Virus record (IMG/VR): IMGVR_UViG_3300047094_000227 | Coordinates: 1 to 64,000 of that record | Source of the DNA: an uncultured virus (IMG/VR IMGVR_UViG_3300047094_000227) | Lineage: Duplodnaviria; Heunggongvirae; Uroviricota; Caudoviricetes; Crassvirales | Strand: one strand, 5' to 3' | Length of the DNA: 64,000 bases | Shown here: piece by piece, positions 38,701 to 47,291 of the stretch | How the letters are laid out: each line of letters starts with the position of its first letter | Position numbering within the stretch: position 1 is the stretch's first letter | The notes under the pieces: model-generated | What the model saw: only the letters and a program-made list of their open reading frames with translations | The model's database searches: none | Told to the model about the DNA's origin: nothing | Position numbers and translations under genes: made by a program

Positions 38701-41700
38701 AAAGCAGGTAGAGATAGTGTAGAACTATCAACTTGGTTAGTAGGAACTGTTTCTAATAGTGTACCTATTAACAATTTGATTTGATATGAAGAACTCTTCT
38801 TCCAATCTGTAGTGAATGCTTCAGCAGCATACATTCTATTAGTTACATTCTCTGCATTAATATCTAATATATCATCTTTATTAAACTCAATCTTAAACGT
38901 ACGTAAGAAATCTTTTGTCTTATCTACAAGAGCTAACCAACTCTTTTCTCCAATTATCTTATTCTCTTCTTCATATTCAGCTTTGATAGCATCAAATAGT
39001 TCAGGAGCAGTTAAGTTAGAAATCTCATACAAAGATTTGTTTGTACCAAACACCTTTGCAAAGAATCTAGCAGTCATATCTCTTACAACATCATTAGTGT
39101 CCTTCTCACTTAATCCTTCAACAGCTCTATATTCTGGAGCTAAGGATTTAGCAGATTCAGGAATAGTGTAACTCTTATACTTACCTGTATCAATAGCTTT
39201 AAACAATTGTTCTTTTGCTGAAGGCTTGTTTACAAATGATTTAACAAATGCAATGATATCTCTAAAGAACTTTAATATAGCTTCACCAATATTTCTAGCA
39301 GGAAGTTTACCAAGTCTAAAGTCAGCAAAATCATCCATGATTCTTTCCTTAGCCTGTTGATCTGTAGCCTCTTCATAGAACAACATCTTACCAGATTCTC
39401 TATCTTTAAACTTACCAGCCTTAGCTTTGAATTCATCAAGAAGAGATTGTTGTTCTTCAGGAGATAAGAAAACATTCCATATACCTTCACCAATCTCATG
39501 ATACTCTGTACCTCTCTGACCACCTTTGTAGAATTTAGCTACACCATTTTCAAACACACCCCAAGCTTTCTCACCATCATATGTAGTGATGATACGATCT
39601 AATATCTCAAAAGGAATACCAGGAACATTCTTACGTGCCCACTCTTTAAATAACTGAATCTCAGCATCAGTCATTCTTTCAGTCTTATCAGCACCAAGTC
39701 TTCTATATTGAGAACCTTTAGGTGCTTTAGATTTACTAAAGTCTACATCTGAAGGTTTATCTTCTTTCACATCTACAGACTCTGTAGAAGTGGTAACTGC
39801 AGGAGCAGCTTCTGTACCATAAGGAGTGGTTTGTGTAACCGTAGCAGCTGTAGATGTAGGAGCAGCTTGATCTTTGCTCTTAATCTCATTAGCTATTTGA
39901 ATCTTAAGATAGTCTTTAACTATACCAAGATCATCTTTAGTAGCATCAAATCTTTCTGCTTGTTTTAAATACTCAACAATTTGTAAAACCTTAGCTTCAG
40001 TGTTAGCTATATCTGTAACTGTTTGATTATCAGTTATTTTAATAAATAATCCATCCTTAGTTTTCTTAGCTGTAAATAAGACAGGACCTGTAGAAACATC
40101 ATAGATGTTTTCTGTAGTGCCATCTAAATTATATCCACCAACAACATCAGGTGATGTTGGAGTGGTTGTAGCTGTAGCAGGAGGAGTAGGTAATTGTTCA
40201 GGAAGTTCCATTCCTTCTAAGACAGCATACTTCTGTTTGAAGTTGTAAGGAACAGCATCTGTAATCTTTGCTACGTTTGTAGACAAAGGAGTTTCACTAA
40301 CAGGTCTAGATGACCCATTAGGAAACTTGTTTCCCAATAAATATGTTTGATAGTTCTCCCACTCACTGATGATTAAATTACCATCAGGACCAATGTGTGG
40401 TTCTAAGAATTTTTCGTGGAATTTTTTAGTAAGTGTATCTCTATTAAGATTCTGATACACGCTCTTTAATTGATCAACTATTTGATCTTCTAATTCAGCT
40501 ATTTTAGTTAGGTCATACTTTTCTTTACCTAACTCAAGATTCATTGTGTTAGTGTTAATAAAGATTTGGTTGTTTGAACTAGCTCCTTTGCTCTTCCAAT
40601 ACAATACATTCTGCAAATATGTAGAATATAATCTATTGATTTTAATTGATTTACCAGCAGCTAATTGGCTATTAACCTCTTCAGAGATTTTCTTTAGCAC
40701 TTCAAACACACCCTTTGCTTCCTTAGCTGAGAAGTTTCTACTTCTTACATTCTGTAATGTATCACCATATTGGATATAAGGATGTCCAATAGACACCTTA
40801 ACTTGCTTACCCTTATGGAATATAAATCCAGTGTTAGAAACTTGAATCAATCCTTCTTGTGTAGAAATAACAGATTCAGGAACTAGTGTTTCACCAATAT
40901 GATTTCTTTCTCCTTTTGTAAGTTCAGGAATACCTTTAGACACTGTGAAATTATAAACCTTATATCCAGGTTCTTTAAATAACTCAGCTCTTTTAATCTT
41001 CCAACCAGCTTGCTTAGCTTCAGCTAAAGCTTTTTGTTCAGCTCTGTATTTAGGAGATTTGTCTTTATATCTTAAATCTGTAGTGGGCATAGTGTTGTAT
41101 ACCAACTTACTCATGTCCATTGTCTCACCCACCTTAGCAACACGCTTACCATCTTTGTCTACAAAGTAAACATTACTACCATCTTGTTCTACGTATACAG
41201 CAGCCACTAAGCCAATATCTACATTTGTAGCATCAGGCACTTCATCTTTAGGAACACCATATTGCATCTCAGTTAATCCTGTTAAACCAAGAGAGTCTTC
41301 TTGATTAGGAGTTACTAAAATGGCTCTTATTTTAGATCTGTTAGGAAACTTACCAACGTTGTTTAAGAACTCAACAGCACGAAGTTGATGAGGTTTAAAA
41401 GATGCTATGTCTTCTTCTTTTTCAGAAGTTGTACGCTCAAACAATATATTAGCATCTACCAATCTACCTTCATCTTCTGATTTTGTAATTGGTGTATCTA
41501 CAATAGCAACATCACCAGAGTTAAGTTCAATCTCTGCCTGTTCTTTATTTACATCATCAGCAAACTTCTGTAACTTCTCTTGGTCAGTTTGAATCTTCTC
41601 ATATCCAGACAATTGATCAGGAGCAATGTTCTTAATGTCTCCATTAACATCTTCCACCTTAACTGTACCATCTTCATTAAGACCAATTACTCTCACCTTA

Positions 41701-44567
41701 GTAAGATCAGCTAAGTCACTATTAATATCTTCTAATGCAGCTTTTGCAGATTCTTCTGATTTGAATGATGTCACAGTTCCATCAGGAGAAGTAACTTGCC
41801 ATCTATCATCAGCTATTTTATTTAATGTAGCTAATTTAGATTTACCAATTTCATACTCTCTTCCTTCTTGTACAGCTTCTTTCTCACCACCCTTGTTTAC
41901 AAAATCATAAGCTGTTTCTGCAATTGGTTCTTCCACCACTTCCTCTTCTGCAACCACTTCATCTTCTTCAACCTCAGCAGCTTTCTCTTTAGATATTTGA
42001 TCAGCTTCTTCAAAGTATTTCTCAAATCCTTCTTTGGTAGTTAATTTATCATAAGCTTCAGAGGCTTTTTGCTTTCTCTCTCCTAGTTTATTAATGTCAA
42101 CACCATAGTTACGTAAGTCATTAGCACTACCTAAAGGAAGCACATCAGATTTAGTTGCATCTTGACCATTCAATTCAAAGTTTAATAACTTCTCAAAGGT
42201 CTTATCATCCACCTTCCCCTCTTTCAATAAGAGATTGATCTTCTCAGCGTTTGTACGCAAAGCTTTAATTTGATCTCTACCTGCTTTTCTTTCAGCAGCG
42301 TTAGTGTACAAATCAATTGTTTCACTTAAGCCTGCAGCTTTTTGTTCGTAGAAATCACGTAACTCTGTTAGTCCCTCTCTATTAGTAAGTTGTGCAAGCA
42401 TGCTATTACTGATCAAAGGGTTTACATTGCTTACAGAAGTTTGAATAGATTGTAATCTACCATCTATATTCTTATTTGTAACAGCATAGTAAGCTAAGTC
42501 AGTTTTATAATCTTCAAATGTATTATAATTACTAGCTTCAATTAATGTATTTACATCATCAAAGTTAGGAGCATTCTTAAATGGATTCTTGAAAGTTTTG
42601 TTAATTAAGTCTGAAGTTTCTTTAATTTGATTTGCTTTATCAATTAAATTGTCTACATACTCACTTACAGTTTGTTTATTTGTAGCATCAAAATCTAATT
42701 GGAACATGCTTTCAAACTGATCTTTAGGAAGATCCTTAAGCATTTTTAATTGCTCAATTGTTACATCATGCATTCCACTAGGAATACGTGATTGCACAAA
42801 GCTAAAGAATTGTGTATCTTGTAAGTTTTTGTATTTAAATACATCATTAGAAGCGTTTGCTTCTTGCATTTGTTTAGCAATAAAAGCAGATGTTTGTGTA
42901 TTATCATACATTTGCTTTATTGTATTGGTAAGCCCTTGTGTATTAAGAACATTAATAGCATTACCTAATCTAGCATCTACTCCTTGCTTTTTATAATTAT
43001 CAAACAAGCTCTGTCCTGTACCAACAACCAATCCTGTAAGGGCACCAATCACCATGTTTTCAATACCTTGTTGAGTACCAAACTGTTGATTTAAACCATA
43101 CACAGTTGACTTAATAATTTCATCTAATTCATCTCTAGTGTCCTTATTGTCTTTAGACTTATACTGTCTTGTATAATAATCATACGTTCCTTTTTCTGTA
43201 CCATATTGTAAACCTTCTTCAGCTACCCCTTCTGTAAACATTGTAGCTAGCTTTGGCTTAACTACATCCCAAGCTTTTCCAGCAACTGATTCTACAGCCT
43301 TTCTTTCAAATACATCTAAGCTACCTTCTTTTAATCCTATCTTACCAAATTCTTCTAAGCTTTTTTGTAAACCACCTGTAACAGGTCCTCCTCCAGCAAT
43401 TATAGATTTAAATGCATTACCAAAGAACAATCCATTAGATGCAGTGAGTAATGCCATGTTGATACCAAACCTAGTGTTCATACCATCACGAGAGTAATTT
43501 TCTATTTCCTCCATTGCTGCAGCATCTGGCTCTTGACCAAAGTGATCAAACTTGTATTGGTTAACAAGTTCTTCCTTAATTGCTCTATAACTATCTCTTC
43601 CTTCTGTACCTGCCTCATTCATAGAAGCTCCTAGAACAGCCATACCATATCTAAACTTGGTTCCTAAAGAAGCAGCAGCAGACATTTGAGCAAGCTTTTC
43701 TAAAGCAACCATTTGGTTCTTACTCTTTCCTAACTCTTCTCCTAATTGTCTAAGTTTAGTTAATTTTGAAAGTTGGGTTGCACCAATTGCCTTACCCACC
43801 ATAGTTTCAGCACTGAATAATTTATTTAAATATAAAGATGCTTTACCAAGTTGAGAAGCTACTAATGGAATTTCTCCAATAGCTCCTGTCATAGCACCAA
43901 TAGCAACATCTTGAGCAGCAGCTGATGCAAAAGATCCTGCCATAAATCCTAAGTTAGGCATAAACTTCTCACCCCAGAAATAAGAACTTCCTGGTGCAAA
44001 AGGAATAATACCAACAAACGGATGTTCTTTAGCATAAGTGCTTTGATATGTAGGGATAAAATTATCCATACTTTCCATCCAGCCATCTATAGTTCCTTCT
44101 ACACCATTGGGGTCACCTGACAGTTTAGATGCATCTCCGCTTTTAATAGCAGAAATAAGATTGGGAATATTAAACATACCCTCAGCAAAAGAACCAACAG
44201 TTCTACCAGTAAATTTAACTAAACCTCTTCCAAGGTTACCTAATGCAGTTTGGCTCTGTGCATTAATATCTTCTAAGTCACCAACCTCTCTTCCGTATAT
44301 AGGATAGCGTTGGTTTTCAATAAGTTCACTTTGTGGAATATATCCAAATGGTTGACCAAATCCCCCAGGACCAGGCATGTTAGCAACTTCTGATAATTGT
44401 TCAAGCGTCAACCCCTTAGGACTTACAGGAGCAGTTATAGGACCACCAGTAGTAATGTTATCTACATTAAGTAAATTTGGAGATGCCATTGAAACTATAG
44501 GTCCACCTAACGTTGGATCTAAAGGTAGATGTTGATCTTCGTCTAATTGATTATCTAAAATTGCCAT
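32796..44567 (-). CDS. Giant virion-associated RNA polymerase (crAss-like), with N-terminal hydrophobic region and zincin-like domain
   Basis: 3923 aa; catalytic-type motif GSDFDIDK at ~35487-35510 preceded by IGFRIPNQ; YHEIGEG at ~39483-39503. Confidence 0.9.
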   Translation of the reverse strand: MAILDNQLDEDQHLPLDPTLGGPIVSMASPNLLNVDNITTGGPITAPVSPKGLTLEQLSEVANMPGPGGFGQPFGYIPQSELIENQRYPIYGREVGDLEDINAQSQTALGNLGRGLVKFTGRTVGSFAEGMFNIPNLISAIKSGDASKLSGDPNGVEGTIDGWMESMDNFIPTYQSTYAKEHPFVGIIPFAPGSSYFWGEKFMPNLGFMAGSFASAAAQDVAIGAMTGAIGEIPLVASQLGKASLYLNKLFSAETMVGKAIGATQLSKLTKLRQLGEELGKSKNQMVALEKLAQMSAAASLGTKFRYGMAVLGASMNEAGTEGRDSYRAIKEELVNQYKFDHFGQEPDAAAMEEIENYSRDGMNTRFGINMALLTASNGLFFGNAFKSIIAGGGPVTGGLQKSLEEFGKIGLKEGSLDVFERKAVESVAGKAWDVVKPKLATMFTEGVAEEGLQYGTEKGTYDYYTRQYKSKDNKDTRDELDEIIKSTVYGLNQQFGTQQGIENMVIGALTGLVVGTGQSLFDNYKKQGVDARLGNAINVLNTQGLTNTIKQMYDNTQTSAFIAKQMQEANASNDVFKYKNLQDTQFFSFVQSRIPSGMHDVTIEQLKMLKDLPKDQFESMFQLDFDATNKQTVSEYVDNLIDKANQIKETSDLINKTFKNPFKNAPNFDDVNTLIEASNYNTFEDYKTDLAYYAVTNKNIDGRLQSIQTSVSNVNPLISNSMLAQLTNREGLTELRDFYEQKAAGLSETIDLYTNAAERKAGRDQIKALRTNAEKINLLLKEGKVDDKTFEKLLNFELNGQDATKSDVLPLGSANDLRNYGVDINKLGERKQKASEAYDKLTTKEGFEKYFEEADQISKEKAAEVEEDEVVAEEEVVEEPIAETAYDFVNKGGEKEAVQEGREYEIGKSKLATLNKIADDRWQVTSPDGTVTSFKSEESAKAALEDINSDLADLTKVRVIGLNEDGTVKVEDVNGDIKNIAPDQLSGYEKIQTDQEKLQKFADDVNKEQAEIELNSGDVAIVDTPITKSEDEGRLVDANILFERTTSEKEEDIASFKPHQLRAVEFLNNVGKFPNRSKIRAILVTPNQEDSLGLTGLTEMQYGVPKDEVPDATNVDIGLVAAVYVEQDGSNVYFVDKDGKRVAKVGETMDMSKLVYNTMPTTDLRYKDKSPKYRAEQKALAEAKQAGWKIKRAELFKEPGYKVYNFTVSKGIPELTKGERNHIGETLVPESVISTQEGLIQVSNTGFIFHKGKQVKVSIGHPYIQYGDTLQNVRSRNFSAKEAKGVFEVLKKISEEVNSQLAAGKSIKINRLYSTYLQNVLYWKSKGASSNNQIFINTNTMNLELGKEKYDLTKIAELEDQIVDQLKSVYQNLNRDTLTKKFHEKFLEPHIGPDGNLIISEWENYQTYLLGNKFPNGSSRPVSETPLSTNVAKITDAVPYNFKQKYAVLEGMELPEQLPTPPATATTTPTSPDVVGGYNLDGTTENIYDVSTGPVLFTAKKTKDGLFIKITDNQTVTDIANTEAKVLQIVEYLKQAERFDATKDDLGIVKDYLKIQIANEIKSKDQAAPTSTAATVTQTTPYGTEAAPAVTTSTESVDVKEDKPSDVDFSKSKAPKGSQYRRLGADKTERMTDAEIQLFKEWARKNVPGIPFEILDRIITTYDGEKAWGVFENGVAKFYKGGQRGTEYHEIGEGIWNVFLSPEEQQSLLDEFKAKAGKFKDRESGKMLFYEEATDQQAKERIMDDFADFRLGKLPARNIGEAILKFFRDIIAFVKSFVNKPSAKEQLFKAIDTGKYKSYTIPESAKSLAPEYRAVEGLSEKDTNDVVRDMTARFFAKVFGTNKSLYEISNLTAPELFDAIKAEYEEENKIIGEKSWLALVDKTKDFLRTFKIEFNKDDILDINAENVTNRMYAAEAFTTDWKKSSSYQIKLLIGTLLETVPTNQVDSSTLSLPALATTDKYFLKLVNFSRAFATVIDKLANTTKVSKMVDKLVDLAKYDSNYVRLFTRLKGTTGESGEMVAIDFSKFEPHDWRLFVQFYQTFTKQRPNALIQYVNADEVYTSPADQFTVSKQTKTGWMNNLKDLSTDPNSLVRFNKGQGRYKVVSTEGVDIESPQQMVDFLNRIGVTYTMDTYLRLKPEQRDDFVKAVGSIHAYFGKTGEVATVSGKTLGIDGPLDTLADLYVRVENPIQDTTYPNVEGENTQAYTENNAPSLLANEFNEADTVEELKSNRPELNDVFSTNGLFFKKGGLFYNKDGKKIKTLVVSHIGGTKNQNTGVDKSTTGLTLGNRFTQEINQNLNGNYHILIPADSSTEWMMNLGNNISFKEVAGGLAWGKVNTIFQGYLKDDIALALDFENREKLANVTDDFKNLGKAKELRFFKDILKGKTLAGVNNLIINGATQDQIDAYIKENAEAINADVKAYIERNVAATNKILVDNYKLTNNPNKTVTYEDLDSKFAKAEQLNKNKLSQDDVTDILTFARINYIINNIEFHKILFGDPYQFATKKGKLDETKRVKSFLSGRKTTFDHPEFNTFHNQKYNNAGGVQLTENDPGHHLFKPYMNTVTLRDVTVRGKINEADAGSWIMDHVYRSVKLRNGQWDLNGLAEDNYQWNMAYTRRALDKRKDVEWTYGNNTKLKAHDDKLLSTPEPEFIREVLKPIVSGPKYGSNRIDLVLDKTSQMPLYYKDLEDYNLGDFYIKMWKEKAEYAIFESGRKVGAEELFDLYDLETGDVNTAPFGKMIPVAWKTYGIQVENSYDGGTGQTLGSQPTKIASLDLFENGKPRTADPERAEVIQKAYTRNVKALNNLFLENYNQLLKKLGVEDLGGVYNIVDPTAVSKSLEYEMLRRELDDNAIDTIRTDANGEFPIPFEASTAYVQIRDILYSMVDKAIGSPKVNGFPAVQVPVTMWEKSGEKRGVVEINGKKVFTDGTLKSYTKENRYMEILVPYWFKEQFKKAGFKSDEELLEYLNKPENESILKGIGFRIPNQAASSSLVFKIKGFLPQSMGKTVVLPSEITEIAGSDFDIDKLNMYLKNTYINSKGQLKQVPFFGYGEQAKDAIKNFILKEDIESMLNLEDDFVVVGEDDYTVLSDKLYKQSVENEYYESLEDILTLDENYDRLITPISDAGLKGIADELDGLRGVDESKIENRILDGNFLTMLRHAFVVAKKWVGIGAVNITNHSLFQKIEGYIDPLKFSQLSDYERKIIGDGRVILPHNTVRINGQDRISLSGVLDRANKYISDNLSGFITSFVDVAKDPYILKILSSNNIISTAMFLTRIGTPVKTTALFLNQPIIKEYMNYLDSIGSSSVYSKKNLDFIRKKFPADRKAVVSNKIDMKNLAPNIKNYYAGTAIDNVEQQRILVEFLKYHKMGQFLFKFTQATNYDTTKFGSAEAMSKKRLRTTLADKTNIISSVGDVLNNSFVGEKANITENAINALSPILKLDQVQFAVITNKVLDPYKEDEYLAADDFDRVGNKVKTSFLDYIFLTRTNLRSRLTELLVDPYTAVVTDVAKAKKDYPDMEILQQLEQVSSDRVGGAKSLRLKANLKTAYDNNLYQGMMRELRDNPATNGLYNRIVDLAILQGTYQSAISIKNIVPIEDYSERLKDVVNSLASDLKLDNFSKVGAFQRNNWNDEAIFKKITDIAPSFFGEGVNDLGEFVSEVEFDEFPTLEGISTEGVKQVLVLDRFDNFKDVASDYILVPRVVKNGNERIDIINGESVSRADFEKRKAIGDTSLNDVMGFQKVKYEDGTDFVRGSKYYYKAINLWGDGQYATEMYDDNRESVFNNGTVHVKGELTNQSIIDYFDKKLQVVEENNVPLPAIPVQEDKQFLIGGTYYFLKPNGDITYGNGNIVKDQGVINQITARQQIQNGSIKVANYNGTDYFVLNDGKIIDATKNNFGKEPKLTVAEKEVILAKAITYKKTC

Positions 44568-44568
44568 A

Positions 44569-47205
44569 TTATTTCCAAGTTTTCATTGCTTGTTGAACAC
44601 CAACATTACTTATTCCATTCATCATGTTTACTATTCCACCTGATTGAACATATCCTGTATGCATTCTTTTTCCTTTCCATCCAGTTCCTCCAGGAGGATG
44701 AACATACATAATTAAACTATAACCATCAGATTCTGTTCCATTATTATCTGGATTTCCTTCTATGTCAAATCTAACTAATGGAGCAAGAGGATCGTTTGCT
44801 AATAAAGGAACATCATATCCTGTTATTCCTGCATTTACAGCATTCGTTGCATCCACTTCACTATCTCTTTGATTTGCTTTATTTGTAGTGTGATTCTCAG
44901 AATTTGCTATATTGTCTATGTATCTGTTTAGTATACTAGTCTTCTTAACTTTAGGAAAGAAATCTTGCTCTAATGTTTTCATAGCAACAACTTGGCTTTG
45001 TGATCCATCAGGGCTAATTGCTAACATTTGAGTACTACCATCTCTAGATTTTTGTATTTCAAATCTTGTATTACCACCATTCTCTCCATTCATCCATCCT
45101 AAAACTGTAGATGCAGATTTACCACCAGTGTTTAATTCTTCAGAAAGTTTACCAGTTAGGAACTTATCTATTGCAGCTTTCTCATTTTTATCACTCATGT
45201 TAAGTGCACTTCTTTGAATAAGTGACCTTGGGTTATGTTCAGCTAAGTAATCACTTTCAATTTTGCGTGACTCGTTATTTATAGTGTTTATTGTAGATGT
45301 TGCATTATCTAAAACCTTCTTAATTTCTTTTTGTTTTGGAGTGGCATTAAAACTAAAATTACCATTATAATAATCATTATATAATTGTAAATACTTTCCT
45401 CCAGCATAAGTTTTAAAATATTTTGATGCAGCTTCAGTATCAAATCTAGTTATTCCTCTAGGGCCAATCCTATTAAATTGTTGCAATTGTTTAGACATTT
45501 CTCCTATAGCCTCACCTGTATACCCAGCTGCTCCTTTTATCTTATCTTTAACTTCAGTGTTTACATATTCTTTTACTTTTCTTTGAGCAGCAGTTACTAA
45601 GTTAGCCTGAGCAACAAACGCATTCTCAGCCACCTCATGTTGTTTTAAAAAGTCTAATTGATCAGGACTATAATTTGCTTTAGGATTTGTAGCATAATCT
45701 TTTAATAGCTTATTAAATCCAGCTCTCTTTTGATCATCAGTCATACCAGAAAATAATCTACTTGCAAACTTATTTTCTAAAGCTGTAATTGCATTTGCTT
45801 TTTCAGTTAACACCACTGTTTCACTTGCTACTGTTGGAGCAGAACCACCTGTAGGAAGTGTACCTGGTAATACAACATCACCAGGAGGTAAAGGATTATC
45901 TCTTGCGTCTTTTTCTTTATCAAAGGTAAGTCTATCTCTAGTAGTTTGAATAGATGCCCAACCTCTAGCACTTTCATCAGCAAACTTATTTTGATCAAAC
46001 AAAAACTTTTGTTTATCCATATATGATTTGAAATATGGATTATCATCTAACTCTTGCTTATAGCTTCTAGTAGACATATCTGTTGCCATATTCATCAAAT
46101 GCTTTTGAGTATATATGTCAGTTTTATACTTTTCTAAATTCTCAGGCTTTTGAAGTGCTTGTAATGTAGCGTTTAATTCTTTATCTATCACTCCATCTTT
46201 CTCATTAGTCTGAAGTTGATTTAACTTAGCTTTTAATGTAGCTTTTTGTAAATCAGTTAAATCTGGATTTTTTAAAGCTACAGCTGTATTAACTATTTCT
46301 TGAGATTGAAATTGTTTTTTATTATTAAAAACATCAACTATATCTTTTGTAAATGCCTCAGCTGTAATACCTCTGTATTTAGCTTTAGCGTCAATTCTTA
46401 ATTGTTGTGCAGCTCTACTATCTATACTGTCTAAGAAGTTATTAAATAGCTTACTAGCAGAGGTACCTTTTATAGATAACTTAAGTAAAGCATCATCAAC
46501 TTTTTCTTTACCTTTAGAAGGATCTAAAGAATAAACTTCTCTAGTTACAGGCTGTTTAGTTTTAGGATTTATTACTGTCTTACCCTTTGCATCTTTTACC
46601 ACTTCATTGTAGAAATACTTTGTCCTTCCATCTGCATCTCTTTGCCAAGGATTATCTACAATATATTCATCTGGACGACTTAATATCTTATCAGCCCTTT
46701 CCATAAGACTTTTATCTACATCATAGAACTCATTGTATTGACCGTTAAATGGAGAATTAATATTATCATCATTTAACCAAGCTGTTTTTTGATCAATCCA
46801 ATCACGGTCATTGTTAGGAGAAGTCTTACCTGCTTTAGCAGCAGCTTCCCTATCAGTATCTCCTTTTTTAATCTTTTGTGCAGAATAAATAGCAGTTTGA
46901 ACTGTTGGATCTTTAATAATGCTTGTAGCCATACCACCAACAGAGTTAACTAGTTGTTGGTTTGAGAAGTCTCCAGCAGCCACAGTTTTTAACTTACCAC
47001 CTAATTCATCAAGTTTAGATTGAAGGTATGCTTTGTGCTTATCTGTTACATCCAACCCAGCTATGTTATCCATATAGGACTGGATCTTTTGTACACCAGC
47101 ATCATATTGTTGCTGTTTGTACATACCTACCTTCACCATTGCCTCTGAAGGCAATTGTGCTACGTAGGGATTAAATTTTGATATCTGGTCTGTAAATGAA
47201 GCCAT
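44569..47205 (-). CDS. Probable virion cargo protein, 878 aa
   Basis: N-terminal FNPYVAQLP and helical composition; immediately upstream of the RNAP gene. Confidence 0.65.
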   Translation of the reverse strand: MASFTDQISKFNPYVAQLPSEAMVKVGMYKQQQYDAGVQKIQSYMDNIAGLDVTDKHKAYLQSKLDELGGKLKTVAAGDFSNQQLVNSVGGMATSIIKDPTVQTAIYSAQKIKKGDTDREAAAKAGKTSPNNDRDWIDQKTAWLNDDNINSPFNGQYNEFYDVDKSLMERADKILSRPDEYIVDNPWQRDADGRTKYFYNEVVKDAKGKTVINPKTKQPVTREVYSLDPSKGKEKVDDALLKLSIKGTSASKLFNNFLDSIDSRAAQQLRIDAKAKYRGITAEAFTKDIVDVFNNKKQFQSQEIVNTAVALKNPDLTDLQKATLKAKLNQLQTNEKDGVIDKELNATLQALQKPENLEKYKTDIYTQKHLMNMATDMSTRSYKQELDDNPYFKSYMDKQKFLFDQNKFADESARGWASIQTTRDRLTFDKEKDARDNPLPPGDVVLPGTLPTGGSAPTVASETVVLTEKANAITALENKFASRLFSGMTDDQKRAGFNKLLKDYATNPKANYSPDQLDFLKQHEVAENAFVAQANLVTAAQRKVKEYVNTEVKDKIKGAAGYTGEAIGEMSKQLQQFNRIGPRGITRFDTEAASKYFKTYAGGKYLQLYNDYYNGNFSFNATPKQKEIKKVLDNATSTINTINNESRKIESDYLAEHNPRSLIQRSALNMSDKNEKAAIDKFLTGKLSEELNTGGKSASTVLGWMNGENGGNTRFEIQKSRDGSTQMLAISPDGSQSQVVAMKTLEQDFFPKVKKTSILNRYIDNIANSENHTTNKANQRDSEVDATNAVNAGITGYDVPLLANDPLAPLVRFDIEGNPDNNGTESDGYSLIMYVHPPGGTGWKGKRMHTGYVQSGGIVNMMNGISNVGVQQAMKTWK

Positions 47206-47219
47206 AGTGTATTAATTAG

Positions 47220-47250
47220 CAAATGTAAATTAAAATATCAGAAATACCAA
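47220..47250 (-). promoter_or_regulatory. Bacteroidota-type promoter for the cargo/RNAP operon
   Basis: TTG (47250-47248), 20 nt, TACATTTG (47227-47220), 15 nt upstream of the ATG at 47205. Confidence 0.65.
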
Positions 47251-47291
47251 GAACAATAACAGATTTTGTTAATTTGGTATAACTGGATTGG

